64,000 nt of DNA, taken from an uncultured Nitrososphaerota archaeon (lineage in GTDB: Archaea > Thermoproteota > Nitrososphaeria > Conexivisphaerales > DTJL01). The stretch covers positions 384,001-448,000 of the forward strand of contig CAWJIE010000005.1 of assembly GCA_963842885.1 (NCBI GenBank), given 5' to 3'. Positions 31,060 through 38,821 of the stretch are shown here, one piece after another. How positions within the stretch are numbered: position 1 is the first letter of the stretch; each line of letters opens with the position of its first letter. A model generated the notes under the pieces. That model was not told the DNA's origin, did no database searches, and saw only the letters and a list, made by a program, of their open reading frames with translations. The position numbers and the translations under genes are program-made.

Positions 31060-31150
31060 CGTCCTTTATAGCGTATGGACGCTATATAAGTCTACCGTCT
31101 TGTCTCCCGATATGTATATATACCTCTATGATGATAGATATGACGGTAGA
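31060..31150. promoter_or_regulatory. Divergent promoter region with two inverted repeats
   Basis: TATAGCGT-N4-ACGCTATA (31067-31086); TCTACCGTC / GACGGTAGA (31091-31099, 31142-31150); TATA-like boxes on both strands. Confidence 0.6.
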
Positions 31151-32258
31151 TAAGAAGATGGACACCCGCGCTGAGAAAGGAAAGACGATTGCTGAGACCT
31201 TCGGTCAAGTCGTAAGGTTGAGTGATGAGACGTACAAGGTAAGGTCTCAGTCCTCAAATGCCATCTACGAGATAACCAAGGTCGGAGACCATTGGGGCTG
31301 CCAATGCCCTGACTACCGCTTTAGGGCGATAACGTGCAAGCACATCTACGCGGTCAAGTTCTCATGGGAGTTGAGGAGACAGGTCGAGGAGACAAGGGTC
31401 ATCGAAGAGGTCTCAATCTCTGAATGCCTCTTCTGCCACTCTCACAACCTAAAGCGCTTCGGCATCCGACGAAACAAGAGCGGCGACATTCAGCGTTTCA
31501 TCTGTGCCGACTGCCATAGGACTTTCAGCATAAACGTGGGCTTCGAGAAGATGAGGCACAACCCGAAGGCGATAACCTCGGCCATGCAGCTCTACTTTAG
31601 CGGTGCGTCTCTCAGGAATACGCAGAAGTCTCTCCTTCTCTTGGGCGTTCAGGTTTCCCACACGACAATCATGGAGTGGATTCGGAAATACGTCTCCATG
31701 ATGCAGGGCTATGTCGAGAAGCTAAGACCAAACGTAAGCGACGCTTGGAGAGCAGACGAGGTATTCGTCAAGTTCAGCGGGAAGATGGAGTATGTCTTCG
31801 CCCTGATGGATGACGAAACCCGCTTCTGGATCGCCCAACAGGTTGCTGCACAGAAAGGAACCTCTGATGTCAAGCCGATGTTCTACGAAGGCGCAAGGCT
31901 GGCTGGGAAGAACCCGAAGACCCTCATCACTGACGGAGCGCAGAACTACATAGACGGCGCAAGAGCGTTCTCAACACATGGACATCGGATAAACCACATT
32001 CGGGAGATTCGCCTTACTGGACAGATTCACAATAACAAGATGGAACGGATGAACGGGGAGATAAGAGACAGGGAGAAGGTGATGAGGGGTCTTAAGAACG
32101 AAGACACGGCTATACTGACAGGGATGCGGATTTATCACAACTTCATACGGCCTCACATGGCCTTGCAGGGAGCGACGCCAGCGGAGAGGGCGGGAATCAA
32201 GGTCGAGGGGGATAACAAATGGCTGACCCTAATCCAGAACGCAGCGAAGGAATCATGA
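31140..32258 (+). CDS. Transposase: SWIM Zn finger + Zn ribbon + HTH + IS6-type DDE domain
   Basis: CQCPD..CKH; CLFC..QRFICADC.RTF; WRADE, MDDETRF, ITDG, NN.MER.NG.IRDR, YHNFIRPH..L.G.TPAE. Confidence 0.92.
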   Translation: MTVDKKMDTRAEKGKTIAETFGQVVRLSDETYKVRSQSSNAIYEITKVGDHWGCQCPDYRFRAITCKHIYAVKFSWELRRQVEETRVIEEVSISECLFCHSHNLKRFGIRRNKSGDIQRFICADCHRTFSINVGFEKMRHNPKAITSAMQLYFSGASLRNTQKSLLLLGVQVSHTTIMEWIRKYVSMMQGYVEKLRPNVSDAWRADEVFVKFSGKMEYVFALMDDETRFWIAQQVAAQKGTSDVKPMFYEGARLAGKNPKTLITDGAQNYIDGARAFSTHGHRINHIREIRLTGQIHNNKMERMNGEIRDREKVMRGLKNEDTAILTGMRIYHNFIRPHMALQGATPAERAGIKVEGDNKWLTLIQNAAKES

Positions 32259-32340
32259 ATCGAAGTAGAAAACACATAACTACACGATTCATGTAAGACC
32301 CTGTCTGGGCTACACTGGAGTGCCTTTCGACTCGTGGGAC

Positions 32341-32961
32341 ATGACCGTAGTCGGCGTGTTTGCTGTTGCATTCGCAGTCGCAGGCTATGTCATGGTCTCC
32401 GCTTGGCGAACGCAAAGACGATTGGAGAGAGAAAGAATGCCTCTCTTCGCTTCTGGAGAACTGGTATTTGTGAGTCATCGAAGCTGGTTCGTGCTCCTCG
32501 CAGGCTTGCTGGTTCTCTATCCCGCACTCTGGATGGATAAGCAATCCTGGTTCCCACCGCCGAGCATTCCGACCATTTCGTTGGGAGAAGTACCCTTCCT
32601 CGCCGTTCTTAATGTGATATTTGTCTTGCCAGCCGCCTATTTGTTCTACAGGTTCCTCAAGTCAAGGCGGATTGAGTTCTATGGCGGCTTTGTCAGGTTG
32701 TTCGATTCATTGGGGCGGAATACGGTGGATGTTCCCTACTCTGATGTCAGGTTAGGAGTGCTGACAGGAGGAGGAGGCCTCAAAGCTCCACCAATCTATA
32801 GGTTCAGACTATGCGTGGAATCGTCAGAGAAGGTGTCATTCTTCACAATAACTGACAGCCACGTCAAAGGGTCCCCTTACACAATCTGGCACTGGCTGGC
32901 CGACAAGGCGATTCCTGAGGTTTGGATGTATGCCAACCACAGGTATGACAAGCTTTCTTAG
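32341..32961 (+). CDS. Hypothetical 3-TM membrane cargo protein
   Basis: Three hydrophobic segments then a beta-rich tail; stop is 5 nt before the right TIR. Confidence 0.65.
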   Translation: MTVVGVFAVAFAVAGYVMVSAWRTQRRLERERMPLFASGELVFVSHRSWFVLLAGLLVLYPALWMDKQSWFPPPSIPTISLGEVPFLAVLNVIFVLPAAYLFYRFLKSRRIEFYGGFVRLFDSLGRNTVDVPYSDVRLGVLTGGGGLKAPPIYRFRLCVESSEKVSFFTITDSHVKGSPYTIWHWLADKAIPEVWMYANHRYDKLS

Positions 32962-32966
32962 CGCAT

Positions 32967-33030
32967 GCCCATCAACCGAAACTTTACAGGGAGACGACTT
33001 TGGCCCGTCAACCGACAATCGACCAGAGCC
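32967..33030 (-). repeat. Right terminal inverted repeat
   Basis: Reverse complement of 30111-30174 with 5 transitions. Confidence 0.92.
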
Positions 33031-33099
33031 TTCGAACATGACGTTTAAATATAACCCATTTAAGGTATACGGTGCCAAAAAGCTTTTTGGTGACATGAT

Positions 33100-34053
33100 T
33101 TGTCTTCCAGAAGAGATCTGTTTCCCACCGACCAAAATGCCCAGTCGGAGCGCTGCCCCAGATGCGGCAGGCGACCGATGGTCATAGATTCTGCTACAGG
33201 TGAAATGGTGTGCAGCTTCTGCGGCTTTGTTGTCAAGGAACGTATCGAAGAGACGGGGCCTGAATGGAGGGCCTTTTCAAAGGAGGAGAAGGAGGACCGC
33301 AGCAGAGTTGGCATACCCACCTCTCTAGCCATGCACGACATGGGCCTGGCTACGGTCATAGGCCCCGAGGACAGGGACGCTTCAGGCAAGACGCTGGCCG
33401 GCAGCGTCCGGACCGCCATGGAGAGACTCCGGACCTGGGACGGGAGGAGCCAAGTCCATGAGCCGGTCGACAGGAACCTGAGGCAGGCTTTCAGCGAGCT
33501 GGACAGGCTCGCCGACAAGCTGAACATCTCTGACGTCGTGGTGGAGAGGGCCGCCTACACTTACAGGAAGGCGCTTGAGAAGGGCCTCGTGAGGGGAAGG
33601 AGCATCAGCGCCCTGATCGCGGCGTCGGTGTACGCCGCCTGCAGGGTTACCGAGACTCCGAGGACCCTGAAGGACGTGGCTGCTGCCAGCAGCGTGAAGA
33701 AGAAGGACATCGCCCGTTGCTACAGGCTGCTCCTTCGCGAGCTCGACCTCCGGATGCCCATCATGGACCCGGTGAAGTGTGTCTCGCGAATCGCCAGCAA
33801 GGCCGGCCTCACCGAGAGGACGAAGAGAAGGGCGGTGGACATCCTGAGGAGGGCCATCGAGTCCCGGACCAGCGCTGGGAAGGACCCTATGGGGTTGGCG
33901 GCCGCAGCGCTCTATGTCGCATGCGTCCTGGAAGGGGAGAACAAGACCCAGAAGGACATCGCCGAAGCGGCCGGGGTCACGGAAGTAACCATCAGGAACA
34001 GGTACAAGGGCCTCAAGACGGCGTTGAAGATTCAGGAACCCGCTGCGTCCTAG
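33100..34053 (+). CDS. tfb: Transcription initiation factor IIB
   Basis: Zn ribbon CPRC..CSFCG, GPEWRAF, HD.GL.T, two cyclin repeats, GKDP.GLAAAALY, VTEVTIRNRY. Confidence 0.97.
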   Translation: MSSRRDLFPTDQNAQSERCPRCGRRPMVIDSATGEMVCSFCGFVVKERIEETGPEWRAFSKEEKEDRSRVGIPTSLAMHDMGLATVIGPEDRDASGKTLAGSVRTAMERLRTWDGRSQVHEPVDRNLRQAFSELDRLADKLNISDVVVERAAYTYRKALEKGLVRGRSISALIAASVYAACRVTETPRTLKDVAAASSVKKKDIARCYRLLLRELDLRMPIMDPVKCVSRIASKAGLTERTKRRAVDILRRAIESRTSAGKDPMGLAAAALYVACVLEGENKTQKDIAEAAGVTEVTIRNRYKGLKTALKIQEPAAS

Positions 34054-34592
34054 AACGAAACCATCGCAGAAGTCATGACCCTGGCTTCGGCCAGCTGACG
34101 CAGTTTCTTTTGATCGTAGAGCTCAGGGAACTCCCTGCCGAGGAGATCCATGTAAAGGCTCACCTCCTCGTCCGTCATGTACTGGAACGAGTACTTCCCC
34201 TTGTAAGGAGCGGGAGCTCCCAGTCGGCTGTCCAGCTCGAAGTGCATGAACGGGTCGCTCTTCCTGATGGTGATGGGCCTGCGGGCGTTGTTCAGGTTGA
34301 CGGCCTCCAGCACCAGCCTGCCCACGTAGCCGCTGTGGACCTTGGCAGCGTTGAGGAAGGAGAGGCCCATCCTTCCGAACATGCTCTTGGCGGTCAGGTG
34401 CGCGACGTACGCGGGCGGCACGAAGACGACTTCGTTGGAGAGCAGGTTGTGGTGCTCGAGGTAGTTCATGGTGACGTCTTCCTTCACGGTAAGGACGTAG
34501 CCGTCCCCGTCCAACAGGGCTTCGTTGAAGGGATGGATTACCCTAAGCTTGGATTGTAGCTTGAGGAATTCGTCTTCTCCGATCACGCACAA
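34050..34592 (-). CDS. dcd: dCTP deaminase family protein
   Basis: KS.FGR.GL, SGY.GRL.LE, PY.GKY..Q. Confidence 0.75.
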   Translation of the reverse strand: MCVIGEDEFLKLQSKLRVIHPFNEALLDGDGYVLTVKEDVTMNYLEHHNLLSNEVVFVPPAYVAHLTAKSMFGRMGLSFLNAAKVHSGYVGRLVLEAVNLNNARRPITIRKSDPFMHFELDSRLGAPAPYKGKYSFQYMTDEEVSLYMDLLGREFPELYDQKKLRQLAEARVMTSAMVSF

Positions 34593-34702
34593 ACGCGGTC
34601 ACTCACGGGCTTTGGTCGCATGGCCTCTTTATACTTGGTGCTGGCGCAGGGAACCGTCATTAGAAGAAGATGCACCGCGCGCCTCCGACTAATGGGGCCG
34701 AG

Positions 34703-35761
34703 TCACGCCGGCGACGGCGCGATGGGGATGGGTGCCGGCCGCGCATGTCGCCTGGCCATCACAGCCTTCATTATCATGTAGACCGCCAGGGCGAGGATGG
34801 CAAATGCGATGAGGTATACGAGGAGGTCCGCGTAGAACTGTCCGTACTGGAGGGAGGCGAGTGAGCTGAACTCGGAGGTCAGCGGAGGGAGCCCCCTGAC
34901 CTGGTCGAAGTAGAACAGGGAGTACTCGAAGTAGTCGAACCCCCAGTGCATCATCACCGCCACGGGGAGGCCGTGGGTGAAGTAGATGATGCCGAAGGCC
35001 AGCCCGATAACGAACGCATCGAAGAACTTCCCTATCTCCCAACCTCCCAGGACGTGCTGCACTCCGAACACGGCCGCGCTGAGCACTATTGCAGCATATA
35101 TCCCCTGCTGCCTCCACGCTTCGACCCTGAGCGCGCCGAGCGTCCTCGAAGGGTGCCAGAGCGCCCAGAGGCTCTTCCACTTCCCTCCGACCCTCAGGGC
35201 GATGAGCAGCGTCACCAGGCCGATGATTGTGACCCTGAAGCCGAACTCCTCCACGAGAGGGGCGTAGGTGAGGGACCAGAAGAGCAATCGAGCGTCGACG
35301 GTGGAGAGAGAGCCAATGGGGACCCCAGCCGAAGTGATTATGTTGTCCACAAATACCGCCAAAAGGAGGGTGAAGGGGAACGCGAACGACCACGTCAGCG
35401 CGCCGTTGGAGTAGACGGCCAGCGTGCCATCGGACCCGATGGACCTGAGGGCCTTGACCAGGTTGTACCATGGCCCCTTAAGGAGTAGGACGAACATCGC
35501 CACATACACAGCCCAAATGAAGAAGAAGGAGGCGCCTAGGCTGAGGATACCTGCGGGTATAGAGAAGAGGACCCGGATGCCCAGTACGAACACGGGGAGC
35601 TGCGTGAAGGTGGCCGCCGCGGAAGTGCCGTTCAACTGGTTGCTGAAGAACGCGTATGCCCCGAAGGGTAGCGAAAGGAATGCCAAGGCCAGCAGGGCCA
35701 GGCCCATAATCGCGACGAAGAGCAGGAGGCCCTTCTCGAAGGCATCATTCTTCTGGCTCAT
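34703..35761 (-). CDS. CPBP (CAAX/Abi) intramembrane glutamic protease
   Basis: APLVEEFGFR, FG..H, H.GFD in a multi-TM protein. Confidence 0.88.
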   Translation of the reverse strand: MSQKNDAFEKGLLLFVAIMGLALLALAFLSLPFGAYAFFSNQLNGTSAAATFTQLPVFVLGIRVLFSIPAGILSLGASFFFIWAVYVAMFVLLLKGPWYNLVKALRSIGSDGTLAVYSNGALTWSFAFPFTLLLAVFVDNIITSAGVPIGSLSTVDARLLFWSLTYAPLVEEFGFRVTIIGLVTLLIALRVGGKWKSLWALWHPSRTLGALRVEAWRQQGIYAAIVLSAAVFGVQHVLGGWEIGKFFDAFVIGLAFGIIYFTHGLPVAVMMHWGFDYFEYSLFYFDQVRGLPPLTSEFSSLASLQYGQFYADLLVYLIAFAILALAVYMIMKAVMARRHARPAPIPIAPSPA

Positions 35762-35957
35762 CTTCTATCCTCTCAAGGGCGACGCTGCCCACGTATCCGC
35801 ACTTGCTGCAGAAGTAGCCCTCAGGGGTGACCCTGCCGCTCAGCTGGTTTATGGGCTCGAGCTCGCTCAGGCAGTTGGGGCAGAGCTTCGTGGTGAAGAA
35901 CCGTCTCCTGATCCTAGGCTTGTCCGACGCGGCCTCTCGCCCCGGCTTCGATGCTAC
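35745..35957 (-). CDS. Small Zn-ribbon protein (start uncertain)
   Basis: CPNC...YFCSKCGY.G.V.LE; no canonical start downstream of the TATA near 35975. Confidence 0.6.
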   Translation of the reverse strand, partial: VASKPGREAASDKPRIRRRFFTTKLCPNCLSELEPINQLSGRVTPEGYFCSKCGYVGSVALERIEDEPEE

Positions 35958-36031
35958 CTTTCTCCCCCCTTTTAAGGCGAACGTATGATGGAGGGAGACG
36001 CACGACCGCCTTCTCGCACGGGCCCTGCTTC

Positions 36032-36340
36032 CTACTGCACTTCTATGCTCTCGGCGCCGAAACCCTGCGTCCCAAGGTAGTCCTTGACCTCGTCCCTGTG
36101 GTCTCCCTGAAGCAGGATGACCCCCTCCTTGGCGGTCCCTCCACACGCGAACTTCCTCTTCATGCTGCTGGCCAGCTGAGAGAGGTCGATGTGCTTAGGG
36201 TCCATCCCTTCGAGTATGGTTGTGGGTTTCCTGAAACGTCTCATTTCGAGTCGAACTACGATTCTCGACTGCTGCTTCTCGAGTTCTTCGCAGACGCAGA
36301 GGTCCTTCGGGAGGCCGCAGACCTGACAAACTTCGGCCAC
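36032..36340 (-). CDS. Translation initiation factor aIF1/SUI1 (canonical, Cys-cluster type)
   Basis: CQVCGLPKDLCVCEE, RRFRKP.T, KFACGGT.K, LQGDHR. Confidence 0.93.
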   Translation of the reverse strand: MAEVCQVCGLPKDLCVCEELEKQQSRIVVRLEMRRFRKPTTILEGMDPKHIDLSQLASSMKRKFACGGTAKEGVILLQGDHRDEVKDYLGTQGFGAESIEVQ

Positions 36341-36465
36341 TGATAAATCCGACCCTACACAAATGCACGTGGATTATAAATCTATCTACATCGTACGTCG
36401 GCATCTTGGAAAAAGACTTGCCAGCGTTTTTATATCATCTAGTTCTACCACTCCAAAGGTTTAGG

Positions 36466-37095
36466 ATGGCAGCGCTATTTGACGTCGCCTCGGTGAGCTT
36501 CGTCGTGCAGCTGGCGACGGCCATCGCCGCCGGGGCAACGAGCGTGACGGCCTACAAGGGATTTAGGGCGACTGGAAGCGCCACATTCCTCAGGCTCTTC
36601 GCCAGCTTCGCCCTCCTGGCACTGGGGCTTCTCGCTGAAGGGCTGTCGGCGACCGTGGGCGGCGATGTCCTTTCGACGGCCGTGTTGATAGTCGGCTCCG
36701 CCTTGGAGGCTTGCGGCTACTTCCTGCTGGCTCTGTCTCACTTCTTCACGGTAAGGCGGGACATCTCCTCCCTGGGGACCCTTCTCCTCATACCCGCGAT
36801 CTCCGTCTCTGCGCTCATGTCAGTAAACCTCATCATGAGGGCCGTTTCGCTCTACCTCCTCCTCTACATCAGCGCGGAGACCTTCATCTTCTACTTCCAG
36901 AATCGCAGCAGTCCCACGCTGATCTCCATATCGGGGCTGCTCCTCATAACGCTGGGCGTCCTCCTTGACATGTTCAACATGCAGGCCGCCGACTTCGCCT
37001 TCATGTTCAACGTGTTGAAGCTCCTGGGCTTCGTCATACTATTCTCGCCGGTGGCCATCCTGTTCAGGCACAAGCCGGAGGTGACCTCGAAGTGA
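36466..37095 (+). CDS. Hypothetical polytopic (about 7 TM) membrane protein
   Basis: Two similar hydrophobic repeats; GTGA overlap with the wHTH gene. Confidence 0.75.
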   Translation: MAALFDVASVSFVVQLATAIAAGATSVTAYKGFRATGSATFLRLFASFALLALGLLAEGLSATVGGDVLSTAVLIVGSALEACGYFLLALSHFFTVRRDISSLGTLLLIPAISVSALMSVNLIMRAVSLYLLLYISAETFIFYFQNRSSPTLISISGLLLITLGVLLDMFNMQAADFAFMFNVLKLLGFVILFSPVAILFRHKPEVTSK

Positions 37096-37373
37096 CCACC
37101 TATCGCTCGCAGGTCCGCGTCATGGCCGACCTCCTGAGGGCCGTCAGGGATGACAGCGAAGAAGGAGCCAAGGTCACGGTGCTCCTCCGCAAGGCCAACA
37201 TGTCATATTCGAGGATGATAGACCTCACGGAGCAGCTGGTGGAGAATGGGCTCCTTGTGAAGATCCCCGTAGAGAGAGGCTCCGTCTACAAGCTGAGCGA
37301 CAAGGGGCGGGAGTTCCTTTCAAGCATGGAGACCTTCGAGGAGTACGCGGAGGCCTTCGGGCTCAAGATATGA
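37092..37373 (+). CDS. Winged-helix transcriptional regulator (archaeal ArsR/HTH_45-like)
   Basis: YRS.V....D.L, KANMSY.R, L...GLL, Y.LSDKG.EFL. Confidence 0.85.
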   Translation: MTTYRSQVRVMADLLRAVRDDSEEGAKVTVLLRKANMSYSRMIDLTEQLVENGLLVKIPVERGSVYKLSDKGREFLSSMETFEEYAEAFGLKI

Positions 37374-37470
37374 CCCTCCGTCCTGGGTCGTATCCTGCCG
37401 GCTCCATCCAGATGTTCCAAAGGTTTCGCGGCCGTCACCCATTATATATCGAGGAGGCACTCGAACTGGT

Positions 37471-37947
37471 GTGACGAGGAGCGGCACTCTGAAGGCTTTC
37501 AAGTGGCTGCAGCTCGGGACGTTGTCAGTGGTTCTGCTCGTCATCGGGCTCGTCCTCCTCACCGGCTTGGGTACGATGCTCGCTACGAGTTTGTCGCAGC
37601 CTTCAATCACTGCGCAGGGGAAGGCCGTATCGCTCACGCTGAAATACCATTCTCTTAACCCCGGCCCCTTTTCGACCGACTCCGTCGTCATCTCCGTGTC
37701 CCTTCTCGACGCCAACGGCTCCGTCCTCCTATCCGCTTCGCCTCAGAGCTTCAAGGTGGACGCGTTCGCTACGGCTTCTGGGGACGTCACTTTCACCCTA
37801 AACTTCTCTCTGTTGTCGCAGGCCACTTTCGACGCCTTCCAAAACTCCACCGCACCACTCACCCTCAGGATCGGTGTCTCATCGGGGCTCGGCGGCCTTG
37901 TCCAGGTCGAGGTGACTTCCAACATGACAGTCTCGGGGGTGGAGTGA
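37471..37947 (+). CDS. Membrane-anchored beta-sandwich-like hypothetical protein
   Basis: N-terminal TM, Ser/Thr-rich beta pattern with NPG; TATA at about 37442. Confidence 0.6.
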   Translation: MTRSGTLKAFKWLQLGTLSVVLLVIGLVLLTGLGTMLATSLSQPSITAQGKAVSLTLKYHSLNPGPFSTDSVVISVSLLDANGSVLLSASPQSFKVDAFATASGDVTFTLNFSLLSQATFDAFQNSTAPLTLRIGVSSGLGGLVQVEVTSNMTVSGVE

Positions 37948-37977
37948 GCCCTGGCTCGAAGCAAGCTTCTATGCAGG

Positions 37978-38457
37978 GTGACGGGGGCCGTGCTGGGCCT
38001 CGCGGTCGCCTACTGCGTCTTCTACCTTCTGCCGCAGTCGTTCGTCCTATTAGCGGCATTCATCGGGGTTTCTACGCCCGCAGGTGCGGTATCGGCGCTG
38101 GCCAGGCTCCAGGACCTGCTCATCCCTGCCGTCGCCATGGGGGTCGCCTATCCCCTCGCCCTGAAGACCAGATACGAGGGCGCCACGGCGACGGTCCTGG
38201 GGTTCGCCGTAGCCTTCTTCCTCCTATATACGTTCGAAGGGGGGTCGATGACCATCACAACGCTCCAGACGACCTCCACAGGGCTGCAGCTGAGCGTCGA
38301 CACGACCTTGAGATTCGCGCCTCTCCTATACCTTAGCTTGGTCCCGATTGCGGTCTTCATCGTGAAGAACTGCTACCTGAGCTACGTCGACATGAAGGAG
38401 GGGGTATCAGTTCCACTTGGTCCAGAAGAACCCGCAGCGCCGGTCAGCTCTGGATAG
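37978..38457 (+). CDS. Hypothetical membrane protein (true start possibly 37944 with an indel)
   Basis: Four hydrophobic helices. Confidence 0.6.
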   Translation: MTGAVLGLAVAYCVFYLLPQSFVLLAAFIGVSTPAGAVSALARLQDLLIPAVAMGVAYPLALKTRYEGATATVLGFAVAFFLLYTFEGGSMTITTLQTTSTGLQLSVDTTLRFAPLLYLSLVPIAVFIVKNCYLSYVDMKEGVSVPLGPEEPAAPVSSG

Positions 38458-38541
38458 GTCATCCTCCGGACGTCTTCTCCAGAGTCCTGCTTCTCATCTT
38501 ATGGCAGAACCGCAGGACCGCCGAAGGGAGACCGAGGAGCG

Positions 38542-38801
38542 ATGGAGGAAGACTTGAAGGAGACGGACAGATGGGTGGAGGTCAAGAACCACGGGACGAT
38601 GAAGACGTATTCGATCTCATATCTCAACGCCAACGCCGGCAGAGCCAGGGAGCCGACCGTGGCGGCCGTTGTCGCTCTGGACGGAGCCTCAGAGGGAATG
38701 GTTTTCCACACTTCATCACGGGGGTCGCCCCGCAGAAGGTGAAGATCGGGTTCCATGTCAAGGTTCTCACCTATGGCGGGAAGTTGGAGCTCTCCCTCTG
38801 A
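38542..38801 (+). pseudogene. DUF35-type OB-fold fragment lacking the Zn ribbon, frameshifted
   Basis: WVEV...GT..TYSI.Y...EP...AVV.LDG, then HFI..V.P..V.IG..VK in another frame. Confidence 0.55.
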
Positions 38802-38821
38802 CCTCGTAAGGTCGAGAGCGC

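Larger units (their letters stand above)
30111..33030. mobile_element. IS6-related cargo transposon with 64-bp terminal inverted repeats
   Basis: TIRs at 30111-30174 and 32967-33030 (59/64 identical, GG(T/C)TCTG termini) enclose a DDE transposase and four other ORFs; GC visibly lower than flanks. Confidence 0.9.

Noticed and set aside
32930-33187. 85-aa ORF sharing PSTETLQGDD..PSTDNRPEP with the ORF at 30104
   Set aside because: It is only the translation of the right TIR and overlaps both the cargo gene end and tfb
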